Numbered from the stretch's first letter, positions 36,001 through 45,690 are shown. The stretch: 47,141 nt of DNA from Histomonas meleagridis 2922-C6/04-290x (GCA_020184695.1 JAANOX010000204.1:1-47141), one strand, 5' to 3'. The notes: generated by a model not told the origin, from the letters alone. Translations and numbers: made by a program.

Positions 36001-39000
36001 AGGTGCGTGGCAGCCCCAGGCAGGGCAGGCTCAGTGCGTGGCACCCAGGCGTGTGGCAACGGCGGCGTGGCTGCGCGAACCATGGTGGTGGTGGAGACCC
36101 AGGTGTGGAGACCCAGTGTGCGGTGGAGGCCCAGTGTGGCACCAGGTGTGGCACTCAGTGCGCGGTGGCACCCCAGGTGGCACCCAGGTGGACAGTGGCA
36201 CCCAGCAGTGCGTGGAGCAAGTGGCGTGCCCAGGTGGCGAAAACCAGGCGGTGACTGATCCAGGCAGGCGTCTCCAGGCAGAGCACCCAGTGGTGGTGAG
36301 ACTCAGTGTGTGGAGACCAGTGTGTGGCACTCAGGTGTGTGGCACGTGTGTGGCACCAGTGTGTGGTACCCCAGGTGTGGCACCTCAGGCGTGTGGCGTG
36401 TGGCCGGTGGTGAGCACCCAGGTGCAGTGTGGCACCCAGGTGGCAGCAGTGAGGCTAGGCAGTGTGGACGCAGGCGTGAGACCCAGGTGTGTGGAGGCTC
36501 AGGTGGTGCGCACTCAGTGGTGTAGGCCGCAGGTGTGGTGCAGGACTCAGTGGTGTGGCACCCAGGCAGTGGCACTCAGGTGTGTGGCACCCAGTGCAGT
36601 GGCACCCAGGTGTGTGGCACCTGCAGGTGGCGACCCAGGCTAAAGGCAGTGAGACCCAGGTGGTGAGGACCCAGGTGGCAGTGGGTGGCCCAGGTGTGCG
36701 TGGGACCCAGGTGGTGGAGACTCCAGGTGTGGTGGAGACCAGGTGGTGGTGGCACTCAGGTGGTGGAGACCCAGGTGTGGTGAGACCCAGGTGGTGGCAC
36801 CAGGTGTGAGACCTAGTGCAGTGAGACCCAGGTGGTGGCAGCACCAGGGCAGACAGTGAGACCAGGCAGTGATGTGACCCAGGTGGAGACCCAGGTGAGC
36901 ACCCAGGTCGCGTGGAGCACGCAGGTGGTGGCACTCAGTGTGTGGTGGCACCAGGTGGTGGTGGTGACCCAGGCAGGTGGCAGGCTCAGTGTGCGGCACC
37001 AGGTGCAGTGATGACCCAGGTGCAGTGTGAGACCCAGTGGCAGAGATCCCGAGGCAGGCAGGTAGGCACTGCAGTGTGTGGCACCAGGTGTGGCACTCAG
37101 GTGGAGGCTGCAGGCAGTGTGGAGACCCAGTGCAGTGGCACCCAGTGCGGTGGCACTCAGGTGGTGGCACCCAGTGTGTGGCGCCCAGGTCAGGTGTGGC
37201 ACCAGTGTGGTAGCAGACCCAGGTGGTGAGTGCAGCCCAGGTGATGACCCAGTGTGAGCACCAGGTGTGGCGGTGGCAGCACCAGGTGGTGGAGGCGTGG
37301 TGGCACCCAGTGCTGGTGGCACCAGGTGGTGGCGCCTCAGGTGTGCGGCACCCAGGCTGGCAGCACTCCAGTGCGTGGCACCCAGGCGTGCGGCACCAGG
37401 CAGTGGTGGCACCCAGCGTGAGTGCCCAGGCAGTGTGACAGCCCAGTGATGGGAGACCAGGTGCGAGCACCAGTGTGGTGAGACCCAGTGGGCGTGCATG
37501 CACCAGGGGCGTGGCATGCCCAGGTGCGCAGGTGGCACCCAGGTGGTGGCACCGTGGTGGCACCGCAGTGGCAGGTGGTAGTACATCCAGGTGGCAGCCA
37601 GTGGCAACTCCAGGCAGAGACCCAGGCAGAGCAGGTGAGCACTCCAGTGTGCAGTGAGCACCGCAGGGCGGTCGGTGGCACCCAGTGTCAGTGGAGACGC
37701 AGCTGGTGGACCTAGTGGCGTGTGTGGCACCAGGTGTGAGGACTCAGGTGTGGGTGAGGCCCAGGTGGTGGAGACTCAGGTGGCACGCAGTGCGTGGTGG
37801 CACTCCAGGCAGTGGCACCTGAGGCAAGGTAGACCCAGGTGGTGCATGGAGACCAGGTGTGTGACCCAGTGCAGGAGACGCAGGTGCAGCAGACCCAGGT
37901 GGTGGCACTCCAGGTGCGGCGCGCAGTGCGGGCGCAGCAGTGGTGGCAATCAGGTGCACCCAGGTGTGAGACGGTGCGCGTGGCACCCAGGCGTGCGTGG
38001 AGCCCAGGCAGGCAGAGCAATCCAGGTGTGTGGAGTCCAGGTGTGCAGTGAGGCTCAGGCTAGGTGAGACCCAGGTGTGTGGAGCACCAGGTGTGGACAC
38101 CCAGGTGGTGGAGCAGCCCAGTGTGTGGCACTCAGGTGGTGGTGGTGATCGCAGCGTGGCGCAGTGGCAGCAGTGTGAGACTCGAGGCAGGTGATGAACC
38201 CATGCAGTGCGACAGTACGCACAGGTAGAGGACAGGTGCAGTAGCACAGTGGCAGGAGACCCAGGCGTGTGAGCACTCTGTGTGCAGTGAGCACCCAGGC
38301 AGGTGGCAGCCCAGTGTGCAGAGCACCCAGGTGCGTGGCACCCAGGCAGGTGGCACGCAGAGGCAGGTGTGGCACCCAGTGCGTGGCGCCATGCGGCAGA
38401 CTCCAGGCATGGCACCAGGTGCGAGCCTGGCAGCGAGCAGGTGGAGCACTCAGGTGCAGGTGGAGCACCCAGGTGGCACGAGCGTGGCAGGCAGTGGTGG
38501 CAACCACAGGTGGTGGTGGTGCACTCAGGTGCGAGGTCTGGGCAGAGTCAGGCGTGGGTGTGCAGCGCAGTGCACGAGTCTGTGCGTGGTAACCGGCGGT
38601 AGACTCCCAGTGTGGCACTCCACGGTAAGTGGCGAGACCCAGGTGCAAGGGAGCCAGGTGGCACAGGTGTGGCACCCAGTGTGCAGGAGATCCCAGGTGG
38701 GTGAGGACTCAGGTGGTGGAGCACCCAGGTGCGTGGCAGGCCCAGGTGTGGCACCCAGGCAGGTGGCACCCAGGTGGGTGGCACCCAGCAGTGGTGGCGT
38801 CCCAGGCGTGTGGCACGCAGTGCAGTGGCACCCAGTGGTGGCAACCCAGCAAGTGCATAAGGCAGCATGCATACCCAGGTGGCAACGCAGGTGTGTCAGG
38901 CTGTGGCACTGAGGCGAGGCACCCAGGTGTGCAGCGCTGCAGTGTGGTGGAGCCTGCAGGTGCTAGTGTGCACCAGTGTGTGGCACGCAGGCGTGTGAAT

Positions 39001-41997
39001 CCAGTGTGGTGGCACCCAGTGTGTGCTGGCCCAGGTGGCAGGTGGCACCTTGTGCGTGTGGCACCCAGTGCAGTGCGACCCAGCGCAGTGCAGCACCCGA
39101 GGCGGCAGGAGACCTGAGGCGGTGGTGGCAGATCCTGCGTGGAGACCGCAGGCGTGGTGGCACCCAGGTGGTGGAGACGTGTGTGGCACCCAGGCGTGGC
39201 ACGAGCGTGTGTGGCGTCCAGGTGCAGTGGCACCAGGTGCACGCAGTGACGCAGGCAGCCCAGTGTGAACTGGCAGCAGGTGAGACCAGGTGGCGAGCAC
39301 CCAGTGCAGTGAGGCAACCAGGTGCAGGCACCCAGGTGTGCGTGCAACCCAGTGTGCAGGCACCAGGTGCGCGTGGCGCTCAGTGCGTGGCACCTGGTGC
39401 GTGGCACCCAGTGGTGGCACCCAGTGGCACGTGTGCATGTGGCAGCCCAGTGTGCAAGTGTGGTGACTGAGGCAGTGGCACCCAGTGTGTGGGCACAGTG
39501 CGGGCACCCAGTGCGTGGCACTCAGTGGGAGACCCAGGTGCGTGGCACCCAGTGTGTGGTGGCACCCAGTGGTGGCACTCCAGTGCGTGGCACCCAGGTG
39601 GTGGCACCCAGTGGATGTGGTGGCACCCAGCGTGTGGCACCAGGCGCGCGTGGCACGTGCAGGTGGCACCTATGGCACCCAGTGAGTGGCACCCAGTGCG
39701 TGGCACTCAGGTGTGGTGGCAACCCAGGTGGGTGGCACCCAGTGTGGCACTCAGTGCAGTGGCACCCAGTGTGGGCGCAGGTGGCACACCAGGTGGTGTG
39801 TGGCACCCAGTGTGGAGACCCAGGTGTGTGGCACCCAGTGTGGCAACCCAGGTGTGTGGCACCCAGTGGTGGCACCCAGTGGTGGCAACCCAGTGCATGG
39901 CACCCAGGTGGCACTCCAGTGTGTGCACTCAGTGTGGCACCCAGGTGTGTGGTGGCACCCAGGTGCAGGGCACCCAGTGTGTGGCAACTAGGTGCAGGGG
40001 GACCAGTGCGTGAGACCCAGGTGTGTGGCACCCAGGTGCAGTGTGGCACTCAGGTGTGTGGCACCCAGGTGTGGCACCAGTGTGGTGGCAGACTGCAGGT
40101 GTGGTAACCCAGGTGGTGGCACCTGGTGCAGCAACTCAGTGGTGCACCCAGTGCGTGGCGACCCAGGTGTGGCACCCCAGTGCAGTGGCACCCAGGCGTG
40201 GCACCCAGTGTGTGGCAACTCCAGTGTGAGACCCAGGCGTGGAGACTCAGTGGCACCCCAGTGTGTGGCACCCAGGTGTGTGTGGCACCCCAGGGTGCAC
40301 TGTGTGGTGACTCAGTGCGTGGCACCCAGGTGTGTGGCACCCAGTGTGTGTGGCACCCAGTGTGTGGCACCCAGTGTGTGGCACCCAGGTGCGGTGGCAA
40401 CCCAGTGCGGTGGCACCCAGTGCGGTGTGGCACCCAGTGCAAGTGTGGCACCCAGTGCGTGGCACCCAGTGTGTGTGCGCCAGTGTGTGTGTCCCAGGTG
40501 GCGACTCCAGGTGGTGGCACCCAGTGTGGAACCCTGTGTGTGTGGCACCCAGGTGTGGCACCCAGGTGTGGCACCCAGTGCAGTGGCACCCAGTGGCACC
40601 CAGGTGGACTCAGTGTGTGGCACCCAGTGTGTGGCACCCAGGCAGTGGCACCCAGGTGTGTGGCACCAGGTGTGTGGCACCCAGTGTGTGGCTAGGTGTG
40701 GTGGTGGCACCCGTGTGTGTGTGGCACCTGGCGTGTGTGGCACCCAGGTGTGCAGTGTGGCACCCAGTGTGTGGCACCCAGGTGTGGCATCCCAGTGGTG
40801 GCGACAACGTGTGGTGTGTGGCACTCAGTGCAGGTGGCACCCGCAAGTGCGGTGGCAACCTGCAGTGTGGTGGCACTCAGTGTGTGTGGCGACTGTGGTG
40901 GGAGCCTGTGTGGCAGCCCAGTGTGTGGTACCCAGTGCGTGTGTGGCACCCAGTGGTGGTGGCAGCCCAGTGCGCCAGCTGTGTGGCACCTCCAGTGTGT
41001 GGCACCCAGGTGTAGTGGCACCCAGTGTGTGGCACCCAGGTGTGCGTGCGAGTGACTAGTGTGGTGGAGACCCAGGCGGTGGCACCCAGGTGTGGCACTC
41101 AGTGTGTGGCACCCAGTGTGACTCAGGTGTGGCACCCAGTGTGTGGCACCCAGGTGTGGCGCCCAGTGCGTGTGGCACGGTGGTGGTGAGCCCAGGTGTG
41201 TGTGAGCACCCAGGCATGTGATCAGGCAGTGCAGACCAGGTGCGTGCGCAGCGCAGTGTGGCACCCAGGTGGTGGCACCCAGGTGTGGCACTCAGTGTGC
41301 GTGGCGCCCAGTGCGTGGCACCCAGTGTGTGTGGCACCAGGTGTGGCGCCCAGTGCGTGGTGGCAACCCAGTGGCGACCCAGTGCAGGTGGAGCCCAGGC
41401 GCGCATAACCCAGTGCGGCGGCAGTGCGCAGGCCCAGCAGTGTGTGGACGACCCAGTGTGGTGTACGGCAATCAGTGTGGTGGCACCCAGTGTGTGGCAC
41501 CCAGTGTGTGGCACCTTGCGTGTGTGTGGCACCCTGTGTGTGGTGTCCCAGTGGTGGCACCCAGTGTGTGGCACCCAGTGTGTGGCACCCATGTGTGTGG
41601 CACCCAGTGTAGTGATAGTGTGGCACCCAGTGTGTGGCACGTCTGTGTGTGGCACCCAGTGTGTGGTGCTTGTGTGTGGCACTCAGGTGTGTGGCACCCA
41701 GGTGGTGTGGCACCTAGGTGTGTGGCACCCCAGTGTGTGGTCACCCAGGTGTGGCACCTTGGTGTGGTGGCACCCAGTGCGTGTGGCGCTCAGTGCGTGT
41801 GGCACTCAGGTGGCAATGTGTGTGGCACCAGTGTGGTGGCACCCTAGTGTGTGCACCCAGGTGTGGCACTCAGTGCAGTGTGGCACTCAGTGTGTGTGGC
41901 ACCCAGTGTGTGGCACCCAGTGCAGTGTGTGCACTCAGTGTGTGGCACCCAGTGTGTGTGGCACTCCAGTGTGTGGCACCCAGGTGTGTGGCACCCA
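1..41997 (+). repeat. Strand-uniform degenerate mosaic of ~13-18 nt units built from a small vocabulary (GAGACCCAGG, GGCACCCAG, GGCACTCAGG, GGAGGCCCAGG, GGCAGG, GGTGG, GCGTGG, GTGTG); probably a degenerate or miscalled form of the adjacent 15-bp satellite
   Basis: The CCAG anchor starts at 7, 21, 36, 54, 69, 83, 101 and 114 (spacings 14,15,18,15,14,18,13; mean 15.3). Words keep the same orientation throughout, TT/AA/TA dinucleotides are scarce, and the sequence grades continuously into the 15-mer array near 42,000. That it is real genomic sequence is not established. Confidence 0.85.
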
Positions 41998-43698
41998 GTG
42001 TGTGTGTGTGGTACTTGTGTGTGTGGTACTTGTGTGTGTGTGGCTTGTGTGTGTGTGGTACTTGTGTGTGTGGTACTTGTGTGTGTGTGGTGCTTGTGTG
42101 TGTGTGGTACTGTGTGTGTGGTACTTGTGTGTGTGGTACCGTGTGTGTGTGGCACCTATGTGTGTGGCACCCATGTGGCACTCCCAGTGTGTGGTACCTG
42201 TGTGTGTGGTACTACGTGTGTGTGTGTGGTACTCGTGTGTGTGGTACTCGTGTGTGTGGTACTTGTGTGTGTGGTACTTGTGTGTGTGGTACTTGTGTGT
42301 GTGGTACTCGTGTGTGTGGTACTTGTGTGTGTGGTACTTGTGTGTGTGGTACTTGTGTGTGTGGTACTTGTGTGTGTGGTACTTGTGTGTGTGGTACTTG
42401 TGTGTGTGGTACTTGTGTGTGTGGTACTTGTGTGTGTGGTACTTGTGTGTGTGGTACTGTACGTGTGTGGTGTGTGTGTGTGTGGTACTTGTGTGTGTGG
42501 TACTTGTGTGTGTGGTACTTGTGTGTGTGGTACTTGTGTGTGTGGTACTTGTGTGTGTGGTACTTGTGTGTGTGGTACTTGTGTGTGTGGTACTTGTGTG
42601 TGTGGTACTTGTGTGTGTGGTACTTGTGTGTGTGGTACTTGTGTGTGTGGTACTTGTGTGTGTGGTACTTGTGTGTGTGGTACTTGTGTGTGTGGTACTT
42701 GTGTGTGTGGTACTTGTGTGTGTGGTACTTGTGTGTGTGGTACTTGTGTGTGTGGTACTTGTGTGTGTGGTACTTGTGTGTGTGGTACTGTGTGTGTGTG
42801 GTACTTGTGTGTGTGGTACTTGTGTGTGTGGTACTTGTGTGTGTGGTACTTGTGTGTGTGGTACTTGTGTGTGTGGTACTTGTGTGTGTGGTACTTGTGT
42901 GTGTGGTACTTGTGTGTGTGGTACTTGTGTGTGTGGTACTTGTGTGTGTGGTACTTGTGTGTGTGGTACTTGTGTGTGTGGTACTTGTGTGTGTGGTACT
43001 TGTGTGTGTGGTACTTGTGTGTGTGGTACTTGTGTGTGTGGTACTTGTGTGTGTGGTACTTGTGTGTGTGGTACTTGTGTGTGTGGTACTTGTGTGTGTG
43101 GTACTTGTGTGTGTGGTACTTGTGTGTGTGGTACTTGTGTGTGTGTGGTACTTGTGTGTGTGGTACTTGTGTGTGTGGTACTTGTGTGTGTGGTACTTGT
43201 GTGTGTGTGGTACTTGTGTGTGTGGTACTTGTGTGTGTGTGGTACTTGTGTGTGTGGTACTTGTGTGTGTGTGGTACTTGTGTGTGTGGTACTTGTGTGT
43301 GTGGTACTTGTGTGTGTGGTACTTGTGTGTGTGGTACTTGTGTGTGTGGTACTTGTGTGTGTGTGGTACTTGTGTGTGTGTGGTACTTGTGTGTGTGGTA
43401 CTTGTGTGTGTGGTACTTGTGTGTGTGGTACTTGTGTGTGTGTGGTACTTGTGTGTGTGGTACTTGTGTGTGGTACTTGTGTGTGTGGTACTTGTGTGTG
43501 TGGTACTTGTGTGTGTGGTACTTGTGTGTGTGGTACTTGTGTGTGTGGTACTTGTGTGTGTGTGGTACTTGTGTGTGTGGTACTTGTGTGTGTGGTACTT
43601 GTGTGTGTGTGGTACTTGTGTGTGTGGTACTTGTGTGTGTGTGGTACTTGTGTGTGTGGTACTTGTGTGTGTGGTACTTGTGTGTGTGGTACTTGTGT
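41998..43698 (+). repeat. Tandem minisatellite, 15-bp unit GTGTGTGTGGTACTT (about 110 units by length/15), with occasional 13- and 17-bp units differing by one GT
   Basis: The 60-nt lines at 42481-42780 are identical and contain four units each. Translation gives 5-aa repeats (VWYLC / VVLVC / GTCVC). Variant units lie at 42040-42310 and 42451-42477. Confidence 0.97.
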
Positions 43699-44026
43699 GG
43701 GGGGGGAGTGTGGGTGTTACATGTGGTGGTAGGAACATGTGTCTGTGTGTTACTTGTGTGGGGGGGAGTGTGGGTGTTACATGTGGTGGTAGGAACATGT
43801 GTCTGTGTGTTACTTGTGTGGGGGAGTGTGGGTGTTACATGTGGTGGTAGGAACATGTGTCTGTGTGTTACTTGTGTGGGGGGGGAGTGTGGGTGTTACA
43901 TGTGGTGGTAGGAACATGTGTCTGTGTGTTACTTGTGTGGGGGAGTGTGGGTGTTACATGTGGTGGTAGGAACATGTGTCTGTGTGTTACTTGTGTGGGG
44001 GGGGGGAGTGTGGGTGTTACATGTGG
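43695..44026 (+). repeat. ~58-61 bp minisatellite, cluster 1 (5 full copies plus 1 partial): GTGT-(G)5-10-AGTGTGGGTGTTACATGTGGTGGTAGGAACATGTGTCTGTGTGTTACTT
   Basis: Copies read directly and differ only in G-run length (8,7,5,8,5,10). Confidence 0.95.
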
Positions 44027-44040
44027 ATATGGTGGTGGGT

Positions 44041-44205
44041 GTGTGTGGGTGGTGCTTGTGTGTGGGTGGTGCTTGTGTGTGGGTGGTGCTTGTGTGTGGG
44101 TGGGTGGTACGTGTGGGTGGGTGGTACGTGTGTGGGTGGGTGGTACGTGTGTGTGTAGGTGGTACGTGTGTGTGTAGGTGGTACGTGTGTGGGTGGGTGG
44201 TACTT
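44041..44205 (+). repeat. Short 17-21 bp tandem units: GTGTGTGGGTGGTGCTT x3 (44041-44091), then GTGT..GGGTGGGTGGTAC and GTGTGTGTGTAGGTGGTAC variants
   Basis: Three exact 17-mers at 44041, 44058 and 44075, followed by related GGTAC-ending units. Confidence 0.85.
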
Positions 44206-44290
44206 GTGTGGGGGGGGGAGTGTGGGTGTTACATGTGATGATAGGAACATGTGTCTGTGTGTTACTTGTGTGGGGGGGGGGAGTGTGGGT
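44206..44290 (+). repeat. Isolated variant copy of the ~60-bp unit (GTGATGATAGG instead of GTGGTGGTAGG) plus a partial copy
   Basis: Matches the cluster 1 unit with two G>A changes; G-runs of 9 and 10. Confidence 0.9.
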
Positions 44291-44600
44291 GTTACTTGTG
44301 GATATGGTGGTGGGTGTGTGTGGGTGTTACTTGTGGATATGGTGGTGGGTGTGTGTGGGTGTGGGGTGTGTGTGGGTGTTACTTGTGGATATGGTGGTGG
44401 GTGTGTGTGGGTGTTACTTGTGGATATGGTGGTGGGTGTGTGTGGGTGTGGGGTGTGTGTGGGTGTGGGGTGTGTGTGGGTGTTACTTGTGGATATGGTG
44501 TGGGGTGTGTGTGGGTGTGGGGTGTGTGTGGGTGTTACTTGTGGATATGGTGTGGGGTGTGTGTGGATACTGTGGTGGGTGTGTGGATACTGTGGTGGGT
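44283..44600 (+). repeat. 35-bp unit (GTGTGTGTGGGTGTTACTTGTGGATATGGTGGTGG) with optional 17-bp insert (GTGTGGGGTGTGTGTGG), ending in a perfect 20-bp doublet GTGTGGATACTGTGGTGGGT (44561-44600)
   Basis: GTTACTTGTGGATATGG occurs at 44291, 44326, 44378, 44413, 44482 and 44534; spacings are 35, 52, 35, 69 and 52, i.e. 35 + n x 17. Confidence 0.9.
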
Positions 44601-44626
44601 GTGTGGGTGGTGCTTGTGTGTGGGTG

Positions 44627-45232
44627 GGTGGTACTTGTGGTGGTAGGTGGTACTTGTGGTGGTAGGTGGTACTTGTGGTGGTAGGTGGTACTTGTGGTGG
44701 TAGGTGGTACGTGTGGGTGGGTGGTACTTGTGGTGGTAGGTGGTACTTGTGGTGGTAGGTGGTACTTGTGGTGGTAGGTGGTACTTGTGGTGGTAGGTGG
44801 TACTTGTGGTGGTAGGTGGTACTTGTGGTGGTAGGTGGTACTTGTGGTGGTAGGTGTTACTTGTGGTGGTAGGTGGTACTTGTGGTGGTAGGTGGTACTT
44901 GTGGTGGTAGGTGGTACTTGTGGTGGTAGGTGGTACTTGTGGTGGTAGGTGGTACTTGTGGTGGTAGGTGGTACTTGTGGTGGTAGGTGGTACTTGTGGT
45001 GGTAGGTGTTACTTGTGGTGGTAGGTGTTACTTGTGGTGGTAGGTGGTACTTGTGGTGGTAGGTGGTACTTGTGGTGGTAGGTGTTACTTGTGGTGGTAG
45101 GTGTTACTTGTGGTGGTAGGTGTTACTTGTGGTGGTAGGTGTTACATGTGGTGGTAGGTGTTACTTGTGGTGGTAGGTGGTACTTGTGGTGGTAGGTGTT
45201 ACTTGTGGTGGTAGGTGTTACTTGTGGTGGTA
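44627..45232 (+). repeat. 19-bp minisatellite GGTG(G/T)TAC(T/A)TGTGGTGGTA, 31 units plus one 17-nt interruption at 44703-44719
   Basis: 44627-44702 = 4 x 19 and 44720-45232 = 27 x 19, counted by hand. Confidence 0.96.
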
Positions 45233-45528
45233 GGAACATGTGTCTGTGTGTTACTTGTGTGGGGGGGGAGTGTGGGTGTTACATGTGGTGGTAGGAACAT
45301 GTGTCTGTGTGTTACTTGTGTGGGGGAGTGTGGGTGTTACATGTGGTGGTAGGAACATGTGTCTGTGTGTTACTTGTGTGGGGGGGGAGTGTGGGTGTTA
45401 CATGTGGTGGTAGGAACATGTGTCTGTGTGTTACTTGTGTGGGGGGAGTGTGGGTGTTACATGTGGTGGTAGGAACATGTGTCTGTGTGTTACTTGTGTG
45501 GGGGGGGGGAGTGTGGGTGTTACATGTG
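45225..45528 (+). repeat. ~60-bp minisatellite, cluster 2 (same unit as cluster 1)
   Basis: Five G-runs (8,5,8,6,10), each followed by AGTGTGGGTGTTACATGTGG; units otherwise identical to 43695-44026. Confidence 0.95.
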
Positions 45529-45690
45529 GTTGTTGGGTGGGGAATATTGTGTGTGTGTGTGGGGGGGGGGGAGTGTGTGGGTGGGTGGTAGGTGTGTGTG
45601 TGGGTGGTACGTGTGGTAGTGGTGGGTGTGGGTGGTAGGTGTGGGTGGGGAGGAGTGTGGTGGTAGTGGGAGGTGTGGGTATGGTGGGTA
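45529..45690 (+). repeat. Irregular GT/G-rich low-complexity border of the satellite block, including a G-quadruplex-compatible motif at 45561-45585
   Basis: G11 run at 45561-45571, then AGTGTGT-GGG-T-GGG. Composition switches abruptly to AT-rich after ~45690. Confidence 0.75.

Noticed and set aside
25-41300. Hundreds of overlapping ORFs in all six frames (up to ~590 aa; W/V/G/R-rich on +, H/P/L/T-rich on -)
   Set aside because: They overlap in every frame, show only the translated repeat words (ETQAG, WHPV, LGATH) and no recognisable domain. Scarce TAA/TAG explains their length.
1-42000. Diversity-generating retroelement or other RT-driven adenine mutagenesis
   Set aside because: The A>G bias on the minus strand is suggestive, but there is no RT or accessory gene and no TR/VR pair. 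DGRs change A to any base within a short region, not across tens of kb. Kept only as a remote analogy.
41240-43911. Long ORFs of 528-830 aa (VWYLC, VVLVC, GTCVC; HTKYH, QVPHT, TSTTH)
   Set aside because: A stop-free 15-bp unit is open in all six frames, and the 13/17-bp units simply rotate the three peptides. There is no evidence of coding constraint.
1-45690. CRISPR array
   Set aside because: No constant 23-50 bp repeat with unique similar-length spacers. The 60-mers are head-to-tail with no spacer, the mosaic linkers are only ~5-10 nt, and no cas-like ORF is present.
41998-45690. Canonical telomere
   Set aside because: No TTAGGG/TTAGG-type array, several different unit lengths, and G-strand polarity opposite to the telomerase rule if the flank is internal.
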